Notes under the pieces: generated by a model
Told to the model about the DNA's origin: nothing
The model's database searches: none
What the model saw: only the letters and a program-made list of their open reading frames with translations
Part shown: positions 1 through 9,731 of the stretch, piece by piece
Numbering within the stretch: position 1 is the first letter of the stretch
How the letters are laid out: each line of letters opens with the position of its first letter
Made by a program: the position numbers and the translations under genes
Assembly: GCA_002787695.1 (NCBI GenBank)
Contig: PCXL01000013.1
Coordinates: forward strand, 31,168 to 95,167
Direction of reading: 5' to 3'
Length of the DNA stretch: 64,000 nt
Source of the DNA: Candidatus Zambryskibacteria bacterium CG10_big_fil_rev_8_21_14_0_10_42_12
GTDB lineage: Bacteria; Patescibacteriota; Minisyncoccia; Phycocordibacterales; 1-14-0-10-42-12

Positions 1-132
1 ACACACATGATTGTACTTGGTGCTGAAGAACTTAAAAATGAGAAGTTCACAATCAAGAACCTAGATACCCGAGAAGAGCAAGAATTTTCGTTTGGCGCTA
101 TCTCAGAACAGGTTGCGTTTATCCTTAAGTAA
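1..132 (+). CDS. hisS: C-terminal end of class II aminoacyl-tRNA synthetase anticodon-binding domain, probably HisRS (partial)
   Basis: Frame 1 reads THMIVLGAEELKNEKFTIKNLDTREEQEFSF...ILK-stop, matching the HGTP anticodon-domain tail pattern (viiGe.E......tiKnl.tgeq). Confidence 0.7.
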   Translation, partial: THMIVLGAEELKNEKFTIKNLDTREEQEFSFGAISEQVAFILK

Positions 133-142
133 AAAATACTTC

Positions 143-718
143 ATGAGTATCGTTGTTTTTGATATTGAAACCAGAAATACATTCCAAGAAAAAGGCACCA
201 ATAATCCAGCAGATCTGGATATTTCTATTGTTGGTGTATATGACTCTGCAACTGATACATACACGAGTTATGCCGAAGAGGAATTTAAAGACATGTGGCC
301 TATTTTTGAGCATGCACGCACTATTGTCGGATTCAACTCTGAACACTTTGATCTCCCTCTGCTCGACAAGTACTATCATGGAGATTTATATCAGATAAAA
401 CATGTAGACATCCTCAAAGAGATTCACTCACAATTTGGTCGCAGAATGAAACTCGACCAGCTCGCCGAAGGGACACTTGGTATTAAAAAATCAGGTCACG
501 GACTCGAAGCCATCAAATGGTGGCGTGAAGGTGCCATCGATAAGATCAGGAACTATTGTCTTGATGACGTCAAAATAACTAAAGAAATTTTTGATTACGC
601 CAAAGCAAACAATGTATTGAAGTTTAAAGAAGGTGGACGTGTTATGGATATCAAGCTAGACACTAAACATTGGGATAAAGTTGAGGATGCCGGAATGACT
701 GCTTCCCTACCTTTCTAA
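143..718 (+). CDS. RNase H-like DEDD 3'-5' exonuclease (YprB/RNase_H_2-like)
   Basis: VFDIET (Exo I), GFNSEHFDLP (Exo II), YCLDDV (Exo III); ATG at 143 just after the upstream stop. Confidence 0.8.
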   Translation: MSIVVFDIETRNTFQEKGTNNPADLDISIVGVYDSATDTYTSYAEEEFKDMWPIFEHARTIVGFNSEHFDLPLLDKYYHGDLYQIKHVDILKEIHSQFGRRMKLDQLAEGTLGIKKSGHGLEAIKWWREGAIDKIRNYCLDDVKITKEIFDYAKANNVLKFKEGGRVMDIKLDTKHWDKVEDAGMTASLPF

Positions 719-739
719 ATATGACAAAGGAGACAGATT

Positions 740-1138
740 TCACCTATCTCCTTGCATCAACCTTTTGCTCTGAAAAATGATTTCCAAAGCCCAATCAAAC
801 AATAGAGCACACCGGCTACAATGCTCTATGTGATCCATCTGTAAATTGTAAGGTCCGACACTTCCGACACTGACGATCTCCTTCTCTAAGTAAGAATCCA
901 CCCTAACGAGTGCGTGTTGATAAATTCCGTGCATATCAAAACACACGAACTTACCATTGAAGATAATGCCTGCTACTGTTTTGCATTCACTGATTTTTGA
1001 ATGGATAGCCCTTTTCTTTTTTCGCTTACAATACAGACATTCTTGAGTGTGCTTCCTATACAAATGCAGTTTAGCTTCAGTATGTTCAGTACGAGGGTCG
1101 AAGAGTTCCAGGAAACTCCTTCTGTCTAGACAGCTCAT
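740..1138 (-). CDS. Hypothetical protein with two HxxxCxxC (zf-HC2/ZAS-like) motifs
   Basis: HTQECLYC and HIEHCSRC; GGGAGG upstream of the ATG; TTGACA at 1195-1190. Confidence 0.6.
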   Translation of the reverse strand: MSCLDRRSFLELFDPRTEHTEAKLHLYRKHTQECLYCKRKKKRAIHSKISECKTVAGIIFNGKFVCFDMHGIYQHALVRVDSYLEKEIVSVGSVGPYNLQMDHIEHCSRCALLFDWALEIIFQSKRLMQGDR

Positions 1139-1222
1139 GTGACTCAATCCTCCCTAATCCTCAGAGATATTTACATCAATACACAAAAATGTCAACTCAG
1201 ATCAAAACAGCAATTCATTATT

Positions 1223-1256
1223 AAAGGCGAGCATCGGAGTGCTAACGCTCGCCTTT
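1223..1256 (-). terminator. Hairpin terminator after ORF 1262-1576
   Basis: AAAGGCGAGC...GCTCGCCTTT inverted repeat. Confidence 0.6.
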
Positions 1257-1261
1257 CCTCC

Positions 1262-1576
1262 CTATTTTCCTTTTGGCCAGATGCCTCCGCCATTATGTGC
1301 GAAAACATGGCATTTCATACCTTCTTTGAACTGGCCTGCGGTAACCCTGACAGCGACTCCATTCATTCCGCACCCTGAAAGGGTCAATACTTCCTCATCC
1401 GGATTACCGCTTTTTTTTACTGACAAAACAACATAATTGCCTACCAGTAATTCCTCAGGCTCCAGAGGCCTAAGAATGACACTGTCTCTGCCTCTGCGAT
1501 ATCCTACACGATAAGATATTGCGCAGAGACCACATACCGCAACCACAAGCATAAACCAAAGGATTGCTTCTAGCAT
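1262..1576 (-). CDS. Hypothetical single-pass membrane protein (ORFan)
   Basis: N-terminal TM ILWFMLVVAVCGLCAISY followed by RVGYRRGR; SD AGGAGGT before ATG 1576; TTGACA-17-TAATTA promoter at 1634-1606. Confidence 0.6.
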   Translation of the reverse strand: MLEAILWFMLVVAVCGLCAISYRVGYRRGRDSVILRPLEPEELLVGNYVVLSVKKSGNPDEEVLTLSGCGMNGVAVRVTAGQFKEGMKCHVFAHNGGGIWPKGK

Positions 1577-1636
1577 CAGTGGGGGACCTCCTGTTTCCAT
1601 AGAAGTAATTACACTATTGGAGACGTCCTGTCAAAA

Positions 1637-2419
1637 TTAAAAAATAAAAATTAGTAGTAGAGCTAAAACAACTCGATACCACACAAAAGGCATAAGTGTG
1701 TGTCCTTTTAAGAACTTTACGAGAAAATGAATCGCCCACAGACCTGATATAAATGCAGCACATGCTCCAATGATTATCGGAACATTAAACACGAACGCGT
1801 TATCACCTAAAAAAACCTCTACAATCCCGGCTCCGAGAATAATTGGTATAGAAAGTAAAAAACTAAATCTCACCGCATCATCTCGGGTAAATCCAAGTAT
1901 AAGTCCTCCAGAAATCGTAGAGCCCGATCTGGATATGCCAGGTATCAGGGCTAATGCCTGAAAACAACCCACGAAAAATCCTCTCTTCCCTGTGATTTCT
2001 TTATTTCTTTTTGAAACTTTTTCCGCAACAACAAAAAGAATACTCCCCATAATAAGTGCTATCGAAACCGATATAGTGCTTCTAAATGCACCTTCAATAG
2101 TCGACGCAAACAGTGCCCCCAAAAGCCCCGCTGGTATTGTTCCAATCACAAGAGCAACTATCAGATTCCTTTCTCGATGAAGCACGTCTTGTCTCATCAT
2201 CATTCTTTTAAAAACATCAACTACATGTATAATATCTTTCTTGAAATACACCACAACAGCCAAAAGGGTTGCCAAATGTAACATTACGTCAAATGAAAGG
2301 TTATGTATGGTTGTGCCGAAAAATTCATGGAGAAGAACCAAATGTCCCGATGAAGAGACGGGTAAAAATTCTGTAAGACCTTGCACAACACCGAATATAA
2401 CTGCTTCAAAAATCGTCAT
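1637..2419 (-). CDS. uppP: Undecaprenyl-diphosphate phosphatase
   Basis: GVVQGLTEFLPVSSSGHL and PGISRSGSTI motifs; likely start MTIFEA. Confidence 0.96.
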   Translation of the reverse strand: MTIFEAVIFGVVQGLTEFLPVSSSGHLVLLHEFFGTTIHNLSFDVMLHLATLLAVVVYFKKDIIHVVDVFKRMMMRQDVLHRERNLIVALVIGTIPAGLLGALFASTIEGAFRSTISVSIALIMGSILFVVAEKVSKRNKEITGKRGFFVGCFQALALIPGISRSGSTISGGLILGFTRDDAVRFSFLLSIPIILGAGIVEVFLGDNAFVFNVPIIIGACAAFISGLWAIHFLVKFLKGHTLMPFVWYRVVLALLLIFIF

Positions 2420-2501
2420 AGAAATAACAATAGCATGAAAAAACGTCAATGGTAGAAAAAGCTTCTTCCTTTTGTTAGACTTGTATTCGTATTAATAAAT
2501 T

Positions 2502-3206
2502 ATGCGTATGGATAAAAATCTTTATATTCCCCTTGCAATTCTTGTAGCTGGTGGCCTCGTGGCCGGAGCTCTCTTTATGTCTCGTGGAGACAAACCTGCC
2601 GATACCGGTAGCCTTACTGGGACAGAAACTAATGCTAGCCTCGACAACGTACGTCCTATTGACGAGACTGACCACATTCTCGGAAATCCAGATGCCGACA
2701 TTATTATCGTTGAATACTCTGATACGGAATGCCCGTTCTGTAAGCAATTTCACAACACCATGCATCAGATCATGGATCAGTATGGGGCAGATGGAAAAGT
2801 GGCATGGGTATACCGACACTTCCCTATCCCACAACTTCACCCAAATGCACCCAAACAAGCAGAAGCGCTTGAGTGTGCAGCACGCATCGGTGGCAACGAC
2901 GCATTCTGGAAATATACAGACCGCGTATATGAAATAACTCCTTCAAACAATGGACTTGATATGGCACTCCTCCCACAAATTGCCGCAGAGATCGGACTTG
3001 ATAAAGTTGCATTCGAAGGGTGTCTTAACAACGGCACGACGAAAGAAAGAGTTGATGCTGACGCACTTAACGCAGTTGAAGTCGGAGGACGCGGAACACC
3101 AACAAGCGTACTCATCACAAAGAGTGGCAAGAAAGCACTCATCCCAGGAGCATATCCGTACCAGAACATGGTAACGATTATTGAGGAAGCATTGGATCAG
3201 ATCTAA
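2502..3206 (+). CDS. DsbA-family (Com1/BdbD-like) thiol-disulfide oxidoreductase, membrane anchored
   Basis: N-terminal anchor; EYSDTECPFCKQFH, YRHFP and GTPT cis-Pro loop. Confidence 0.9.
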   Translation: MRMDKNLYIPLAILVAGGLVAGALFMSRGDKPADTGSLTGTETNASLDNVRPIDETDHILGNPDADIIIVEYSDTECPFCKQFHNTMHQIMDQYGADGKVAWVYRHFPIPQLHPNAPKQAEALECAARIGGNDAFWKYTDRVYEITPSNNGLDMALLPQIAAEIGLDKVAFEGCLNNGTTKERVDADALNAVEVGGRGTPTSVLITKSGKKALIPGAYPYQNMVTIIEEALDQI

Positions 3207-3212
3207 CAGATC

Positions 3213-3247
3213 AGGTACTAGGTTTTAGGTGCTAGGTATTAGGTAAA
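3213..3247. repeat. Degenerate heptamer tandem repeat (AGGTNNT)x5
   Basis: AGGTACT AGGTTTT AGGTGCT AGGTATT AGGTAAA. Confidence 0.7.
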
Positions 3248-3275
3248 CAAAACCACCTCTCGGTGGTTTTGTTTT
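3245..3275 (+). terminator. Intrinsic terminator after DsbA
   Basis: AAACAAAACCACC-TCTC-GGTGGTTTTGTTTT. Confidence 0.75.
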
Positions 3276-3287
3276 ATAAATTAATCA

Positions 3288-3316
3288 GGCCCCGACGACA
3301 TTGCGTCGTCGGGGCC
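3288..3316 (-). terminator. 12-bp GC hairpin after mini-ORF 3330-3437
   Basis: GGCCCCGACGAC-ATTGC-GTCGTCGGGGCC. Confidence 0.6.
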
Positions 3317-3329
3317 CCGATGTTTTCGT

Positions 3330-3437
3330 CTACTTCGTTGGCGCATACCTCCTTGCGAGAACGATCCGTGCCTCAATCTCGGATCGAAGTGCAGGGTCGG
3401 TTGCGCGTTGCAGCGCCTGTTCAAGCGTTTCGAGCAT
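3330..3437 (-). CDS. 35-aa small protein not in the ORF track (MLETLEQALQRATDPALRSEIEARIVLARRYAPTK)
   Basis: GAGGAG SD; TGGACT-16-TATTGT promoter (3491-3464); downstream hairpin; 57% GC by hand count; helical-hairpin-like sequence. Confidence 0.55.
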   Translation of the reverse strand: MLETLEQALQRATDPALRSEIEARIVLARRYAPTK

Positions 3438-3548
3438 CTTCTGAACAACTCCTCTAAAGAAGAACAATATCAAAATATGATTAAAAGTCCATAGAATATC
3501 CAATCTAGACTGTGAATTGCTTCTATAATTTTCCCTCCTTTTCTTCTT

Positions 3549-6536
3549 TCATCTTTCCATCAGGTTTCTTAACGCACAATATTCACAATCTGTTTTCTCA
3601 CACCGTTTATCCCAGAATGACAGTGATAATACGTCATCCTTCATGTTCTTTATAATTTCTTTCAAATCTTCCACATCCTCATCGGCCACAGTAAATGTTT
3701 CCTTTTTGTATTTACCACTCTTTGGATCAGGCTCCACAAAATCAATATGTCCGGCAACCATTTCGTAATACCCTTCTTTAAAAAGAGAGAGGAGAAGTTT
3801 GTAAAAGACGAGTTGTCTCCAGATACCACCTTCAGAATCCTTTGTCTCACCCAATATAAAGTTTCTCGTTTTAGGTTTGCCGGTTTTATAGTCGACAACA
3901 TTCACTTCTCGTTCACCAAGAAACTCTAATTTATCGAGCTTGCCGGTAAGCACAATATGTTCTGCTAGTTCCACACCACGTATAGAAAATTCAGTCAGCG
4001 TATTCGTAACCCAACGACCACTATACTCGTCATACCAACCTGAAAGTGCGTCACGACCACGATCTGTATAGAGTTTCACATCTGCATCTGAGAGTGAGTG
4101 ACTAGCGAGTCTCTCTTCAAATAAGTCGAGAAACTGCTCTTTAGAAATAGATTCATCAAGTCTGAGTCTTTTAAACAAATGCTCAAGCGTATCGTGTACC
4201 GCTGTACCATACATCAGATGTGTCGCAACTGGTTCAGGTAGCCGAATCAAATTGCGATAAAAATATTTCCACGGACACTCAAGATAGTTATTGAGTGCTG
4301 TTACCGATAGTGGTTGCTTGAGAAATAACTCTTTTACAAATGCCTCGTCTTTCAAGCTTCCCTTTTTTGTTTTTTGTATAGACAAGAGCTCTCCACGTCG
4401 CGCTTCAAATTCAGCTTCAATATCTCTGGTGTCCATAACAGACAGTAACGACTCACCAATCTCTCCTATAAATTGACTCGGCAATTGTTCCCTACCCTCG
4501 TCATTTTCTCGTGCATACAATAGTGTTGCAGTTTTTTTCGCTCGCGTAATAGCAACATAAAACAGTCTTCGCTCATCATCGTTGTCGTCTTGGGTAAGTT
4601 GCTTATTTTTTTGTTCGAAAAGTTTATAGACTTCCGGCAATAATTTCAAAGTCTCGATACGTCGTTTGTTACCCCATTTACCATCATGTGTATATGCTAC
4701 GTATACACAATCAAATTCAAGCCCTTTGGATCTGTGCGCTGTCATGAGACGTACATATCCTTCTCTACCACCGTTCTTCTTTCGTTTGATGTAGAGATTG
4801 TGTTCTTTAACCGTTTTCAAATATGAAAACAGATCACTGAGTTCCGCTCCAGGATTCGTTTGCATAATTGCACGGAGTTCTTCAAAAAAACCGTCTATCG
4901 CATCGAGCTTATCCTGTGCATCAGATGATGAAAGAATTTCTTGTAAGAGCCCTGATTCTCGAAGAATCTCTTCAAAGAGTGTCACCAAATCAACATTGTG
5001 ACTACGCTTCACAAATCTAACGAGTTTATTGTATGCATCATAGAGCGCGTCACTGTTGTACAACGGTACATCTTTGAGCATTTTTTTATCACCAAGCACA
5101 TCAAACAGATTGTACTTTCGCTTTGCACTTGCTTCACGAATAACCCTAAAGACGTCTAGCGGATCGATATCGAAGATGTCGAGATGAAGATATTCACCGA
5201 GCGCTCTATCGTCACCAAAATTCTCTATTGCACGTCCGATAATCAATAACTTGCGTACAACATCGTGCGCAAACACATCCTGATCCGACTCGATCTGAAA
5301 TGGCACACCAGCCTTTTCTAACGTGTCCGCAATTAAAAATGCATCCTTATTATCCCTGTACAGTACTGCGATTTCGTGCGGCAATACACCGCCCGTAATA
5401 CATCGCTTAATATCTTGTGCCAAAAAATAATTAAGAGCCTGTGTTTTAGAAAATGAATACAATTCAATAGGTTTCGCCTCATATGGAGCGCGAGCTACAA
5501 GGGGCACCCTTGTAGTAATAAGGCTGTGCGCAGAATCTAGAATAGTTTGTGTTGAACGATAGTTCTCTTTGAGGGTTATGAGCTTTGCTTCTGGATATAA
5601 ATGCTTGAAGTAATAAAAGTTCTCTAAACTCGCACCCTGAAAACGAAAGATAGATTGTTTCTCATCACCCACCACAAAAAGGTTTGGTCTCGGAGCAAAA
5701 TGTGAAGCCAAAAGTTCTAGGATTTTATTTTGCGCATTGTTGGTATCCTGGTGTTCATCGACCAAAATATACTGATATTCTTCCTGAAGACGCAAGAGTA
5801 AATCCTCGTTTTTACGAAGTGCGCGGAGTACCTCCATGATCATGTCGTTATAATCGTAGAGTTTTTTCTCGCGTAGCTTTTCCTGATACGCAACATATAG
5901 CTGTGCCAGCTCTTCGTTTTTATTGATCTGTTTTTCGAGGTCCTTGTACTCACCTTTCATTTTACCCTTATGAGCACCTTTTTCGTGATACAGATCAGGA
6001 ATTTCAGCAAAATCTTTTTTTGTTTTTAACACAATATGCTGAAACTCTTCCGGAGCAACACCCTCACGTTTGAGTTCACTTATTGCACTGTTCACCCCGC
6101 GCACATAATAGAGTGTATCTCCAAATGGTTTTAAAAGAGTTACCTCAGATTCAATGATTATTTCTTCAACAAGAGAAATCTGATCAATGTCAGTAATACT
6201 GCGAGAACCAATAATATGTGGGAACTCTTCGGGGTAAGACTTGATAACATTATTCGCGAACGTGTGAAAAGTACTAATAGTCACTTCATATGCACGTGAT
6301 CCAATGAGTTGCGAAAGACGCTTTCGCATGTTTGTAACACCTGCTTCAGTAAAGGTAAGGGCCAAAATACTTTCAGGTGCCGTATCTGTCTGTTTAAGGA
6401 TGTTTGCTATGCGAAGTGAGAGAATCTGCGTCTTTCCGGTTCCTGGCCCCGCCACAACCATCACAGGCCCTTCTATGGCGTCTACAGCCTCTTTTTGCTC
6501 TTTGTTTAGCCGTTTATACTCAGTTTCAAACGTCAT
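3549..6536 (-). CDS. UvrD/REP SF1A helicase fused to C-terminal PD-(D/E)XK nuclease (AdnA/AddA-like)
   Basis: AGPGTGKT, LVDEHQDTN, VGDEKQSIFRFQGA, MTAHRSKGLEF, RRLFYVAITRAK; nuclease GKLDK...VVDYKTG...QLVFY; Cys in ECP and RCEKTDCEYC. Confidence 0.92.
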   Translation of the reverse strand: MTFETEYKRLNKEQKEAVDAIEGPVMVVAGPGTGKTQILSLRIANILKQTDTAPESILALTFTEAGVTNMRKRLSQLIGSRAYEVTISTFHTFANNVIKSYPEEFPHIIGSRSITDIDQISLVEEIIIESEVTLLKPFGDTLYYVRGVNSAISELKREGVAPEEFQHIVLKTKKDFAEIPDLYHEKGAHKGKMKGEYKDLEKQINKNEELAQLYVAYQEKLREKKLYDYNDMIMEVLRALRKNEDLLLRLQEEYQYILVDEHQDTNNAQNKILELLASHFAPRPNLFVVGDEKQSIFRFQGASLENFYYFKHLYPEAKLITLKENYRSTQTILDSAHSLITTRVPLVARAPYEAKPIELYSFSKTQALNYFLAQDIKRCITGGVLPHEIAVLYRDNKDAFLIADTLEKAGVPFQIESDQDVFAHDVVRKLLIIGRAIENFGDDRALGEYLHLDIFDIDPLDVFRVIREASAKRKYNLFDVLGDKKMLKDVPLYNSDALYDAYNKLVRFVKRSHNVDLVTLFEEILRESGLLQEILSSSDAQDKLDAIDGFFEELRAIMQTNPGAELSDLFSYLKTVKEHNLYIKRKKNGGREGYVRLMTAHRSKGLEFDCVYVAYTHDGKWGNKRRIETLKLLPEVYKLFEQKNKQLTQDDNDDERRLFYVAITRAKKTATLLYARENDEGREQLPSQFIGEIGESLLSVMDTRDIEAEFEARRGELLSIQKTKKGSLKDEAFVKELFLKQPLSVTALNNYLECPWKYFYRNLIRLPEPVATHLMYGTAVHDTLEHLFKRLRLDESISKEQFLDLFEERLASHSLSDADVKLYTDRGRDALSGWYDEYSGRWVTNTLTEFSIRGVELAEHIVLTGKLDKLEFLGEREVNVVDYKTGKPKTRNFILGETKDSEGGIWRQLVFYKLLLSLFKEGYYEMVAGHIDFVEPDPKSGKYKKETFTVADEDVEDLKEIIKNMKDDVLSLSFWDKRCEKTDCEYCALRNLMER

Positions 6537-6580
6537 AAACACAGTATATAGTACTTAGTACTTGGTAACTAGACTGCCAT

Positions 6581-6624
6581 AAAAAAACTGAAAGGGGTGC
6601 AATGCTTTGCATTGCACCCCTTTC
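6581..6624 (-). terminator. Intrinsic terminator after rpoD
   Basis: GAAAGGGGTGCAATGC-TTT-GCATTGCACCCCTTTC with a T-run on the minus strand. Confidence 0.8.
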
Positions 6625-6670
6625 TATCGCATCAACTATTAACTAAAGACTGTTGACGATTGACTGTATC

Positions 6671-7984
6671 TTAGTAGTAACTCCTCAGTCTCTCTACCTT
6701 CTCGTTATTCCTCAGTTTTTCAAGCGCCTTGGCTTCAATCTGTCGGATACGTTCGCGAGTAACACCAAATTTCTTCCCCACTTCTTCAAGTGTATGAGTA
6801 ATGCCATCAACCATGCCGTAACGAAGTTCTAGGATTTCGCGCTCTTTTTCAGGCAGCGAATCAAGCAACTCTTTCACTTGATCTCCTACAATTCTGCGCG
6901 ATACTTCTTGATCTGGCGAGAGAATCTTATCATCTGCCAAAAAGTCTCCGAGCTGACTCTTGTCCTCTTCTTCACCAACTGGACTTTCAAGTGACACCGT
7001 TCCTTGGTCAATTTTTTCAATCTGATATACCTTGTCAGTATCAAGACCCATTTCTAGTGCAATTTCTTCTGGCATCGGATCTCGTCCAAGGTCTTGCGAG
7101 AGTCTTCGGACAACTTGCTTATATTTTGCAATTGTTTCTACCATGTGTACCGGCACACGAATGGTACGTGACTGATCGGCAAGTGCGCGAGTAATCGCCT
7201 GACGAATCCACCATGTTGCATAGGTTGAGAATTTATACCCCTTGGTCCAATCAAACTTTTCAACTGCTTTAAAGAGACCGATATTCCCTTCTTGAATAAG
7301 GTCAAGGAGTGTCAGATCTGGACTTCGTCCAACATATTTTTTTGCGATAGAAACTACCAGACGCAGGTTTGCACGAGCAAGCAAATTTTTCGCTTCGTCA
7401 TCTCCCTTTTCGATACGTTTCGCGAGTTCTTTTTCTTCAGCACCTGAGATCAGAGTATGCTGACCAATTTCTCTAAGGTACATCTGGATTGAATCATGTG
7501 TACTTTCTCCTTCATACACCTTGTCGGAAGCATCGCTATCGCCACCCACACTCAACAGCCCTCCTCCTTCAAGGACATCGATCCCCGACGTAGAAAAACG
7601 TTCGTACAGTTCCTCGAGAAATACAATATCCTCTTCAATCGTAGGAAATTGTTTCAAAATCTCATCATAGGTGATGAAGCCACGATCCTTACCTTTGACA
7701 ATCAGCAAGTTAGCTTTTGTCTCAATTTCTTTAGCCTTTTTGGAAAGCTTTGGTTCCTTAACTGCTTTCTTTTTAGGTAGAGCTTTAGCAGCAGTTTTCT
7801 TTGCAACTTTCTTTGGGGCAATTTTTTTAACCATCTTTTTGCGTTCTTTGATGATTTTCTTTGCCGGCTTTCGTGCAACCTTCTTTACGACCTTCTTAGG
7901 CGTCGTCTTTTTAGCAGCTTTTTTCTTGGAAGCAGTTTTCTTTGGTGCAGTTTTTTTAGTAGCCGTTTTCTTTTTTGGAGCCAT
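6671..7984 (-). CDS. rpoD: RNA polymerase primary sigma factor with Lys-rich N-terminal extension
   Basis: [63 protein letters not shown]. Confidence 0.97.
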   Translation of the reverse strand: MAPKKKTATKKTAPKKTASKKKAAKKTTPKKVVKKVARKPAKKIIKERKKMVKKIAPKKVAKKTAAKALPKKKAVKEPKLSKKAKEIETKANLLIVKGKDRGFITYDEILKQFPTIEEDIVFLEELYERFSTSGIDVLEGGGLLSVGGDSDASDKVYEGESTHDSIQMYLREIGQHTLISGAEEKELAKRIEKGDDEAKNLLARANLRLVVSIAKKYVGRSPDLTLLDLIQEGNIGLFKAVEKFDWTKGYKFSTYATWWIRQAITRALADQSRTIRVPVHMVETIAKYKQVVRRLSQDLGRDPMPEEIALEMGLDTDKVYQIEKIDQGTVSLESPVGEEEDKSQLGDFLADDKILSPDQEVSRRIVGDQVKELLDSLPEKEREILELRYGMVDGITHTLEEVGKKFGVTRERIRQIEAKALEKLRNNEKVERLRSYY

Positions 7985-7993
7985 TATATGTTC

Positions 7994-9682
7994 TTAATGC
8001 TTAGTTTTTAATATATCAATTTCTTTACTTATTTGAATTCTTTGCTGTGGATCACGTGTGACTTCATATTGTGTACGCAATGCTTCTTTATGAAACTCAT
8101 TTAATAAATCATCCACTATATGTTGAAACTCTTTATCTGATACATGGTTATAAAACTTTTCTGCCTCAAAGGCACTTCCTTCATCGTGCGCTTTTTCTAT
8201 AAAATTATTTTTTTCTTCCTCTCCAAATGGAGTCAGGATGCGCGCAATATGTTGTTGTATATATGTAACTATTTCCTGCTTATCTTTTTCTGGCGTAAGC
8301 CATGATTCGATACCGTATAGCTGTCGAAGAATTTTTATAAATCGACTCGCTTCAGTCCCTTGAAACTCTACACTATGTGGAGATGCACGCCCATTCTCTT
8401 TTGCATCTTCGATAAACCCCTTCTGTTCAATTCTTTGCAAATCATTCCATAACGCTTCTCTTGAGACACTCAACATGCGAGAAAGTTCCTGAATAAAATG
8501 ATCCTTAAGTGATTCACTCTCAAGAAAATGAACGAGAGGTAAAACATTTTTTGTTATAAGAGACACTCGCCTCTCTAACTTTGGCTCTACCTCGAGCACC
8601 ATCCTCGCTGCAACAAAAATGGCATGGTCGGCTTTCTGCAACACCTCCTTGAGCGCATCAGGGTCACGCTGCGCCATGTCTGCCGGATCAACTCCTTCTG
8701 GCATACGTGCAATCTTTGTTTCAATACCGACACCGAGCGCAATCTGAGCTGCACGCAACGACGCATCTTTTCCGGCACCATCACCATCATAAAGCAATAC
8801 GAGCTTGGGCGAAATACGCTTCAACATGCGTGCTTGCTCACTCGTAAATGCAGTACCAGAAGATGCAACAGTATTACGCAGACCTTTTTCATGGAGCATG
8901 AGCACATCCATTTGACCTTCAACTAAAATAGTATAGCCGGTTTTTCTAATCGCTTGCTTTGCCTCATACAATCCAAATAACGTACTCGATTTCTTGAATA
9001 TATGAGTTTCGGGTGAATTCACGTATTTAGGAACATCTTTTTCAGTTGAAAGAGTTCTGCCTGAAAATGCAATAACTCGTCCAGACACATCTCGTATCGG
9101 AAATAGAAGACGATTGCGAAAGAGATCAATTACACGTTTTCCTTCGATATCTCTGATAAGGCCAGCATCTTTCATTTCCTTCGCGGTAAACTTCTGCGTG
9201 AGCAGAACATCGTAGAGAGCACGCCAATCATCTTTTGCATATCCAATTCTCCAGTCTGTAATTGCTTTGTCACTCAATCCTCTACCCTTTGCATATTGAA
9301 CAACATGATCATGTTCTGAAAGCCATTCTGTAAACATATCAGTCGCTGCTTCCATAACATCATAGATCCGTGCGATTTCGTCTCGCTTCCCACTATCTCT
9401 ATTCCCAGTCAGTTCGACTCCTACTCTCTCTGCGAGTAGTTTCAATGATCCAACAAAATCAAGACTTTCGTATTGTTCGATAAAACTAATAACATCGCCT
9501 TTTGCACCGCATCCAAAGCAATAGTAATTCTGCCGTTCTGGAGACACAAAGAATGAAGGTGTCTTTTCGTTGTGAAAAGGACAATTACCTTTAAAACTTT
9601 GTCCTGCTTTAGACAATTCAATATACGAAGAAATTATATCTACAATATCCGCTTTTTCTTTGACGCGAAGAATATCGTTCAT
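7994..9682 (-). CDS. dnaG: DNA primase
   Basis: CPFHNEKTPSF...CFGC zinc finger, KYVNSPET, EGQMDV, TOPRIM YDGDGAG. Confidence 0.97.
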   Translation of the reverse strand: MNDILRVKEKADIVDIISSYIELSKAGQSFKGNCPFHNEKTPSFFVSPERQNYYCFGCGAKGDVISFIEQYESLDFVGSLKLLAERVGVELTGNRDSGKRDEIARIYDVMEAATDMFTEWLSEHDHVVQYAKGRGLSDKAITDWRIGYAKDDWRALYDVLLTQKFTAKEMKDAGLIRDIEGKRVIDLFRNRLLFPIRDVSGRVIAFSGRTLSTEKDVPKYVNSPETHIFKKSSTLFGLYEAKQAIRKTGYTILVEGQMDVLMLHEKGLRNTVASSGTAFTSEQARMLKRISPKLVLLYDGDGAGKDASLRAAQIALGVGIETKIARMPEGVDPADMAQRDPDALKEVLQKADHAIFVAARMVLEVEPKLERRVSLITKNVLPLVHFLESESLKDHFIQELSRMLSVSREALWNDLQRIEQKGFIEDAKENGRASPHSVEFQGTEASRFIKILRQLYGIESWLTPEKDKQEIVTYIQQHIARILTPFGEEEKNNFIEKAHDEGSAFEAEKFYNHVSDKEFQHIVDDLLNEFHKEALRTQYEVTRDPQQRIQISKEIDILKTKH

Positions 9683-9731
9683 ATATTGATCGTTTTACAA
9701 ACAACCACACACAGGAGCAAGAAACGAAACA

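Noticed and set aside
1236-1244. TTAGCACTC (CIRCE half-site) on the minus strand
   Set aside because: No second arm 9 nt away; it lies inside a terminator hairpin, far from groESL
3263-3457. 64-aa + strand ORF
   Set aside because: Starts inside a terminator and crosses a hairpin; promoter and SD support the minus-strand 35-aa ORF instead
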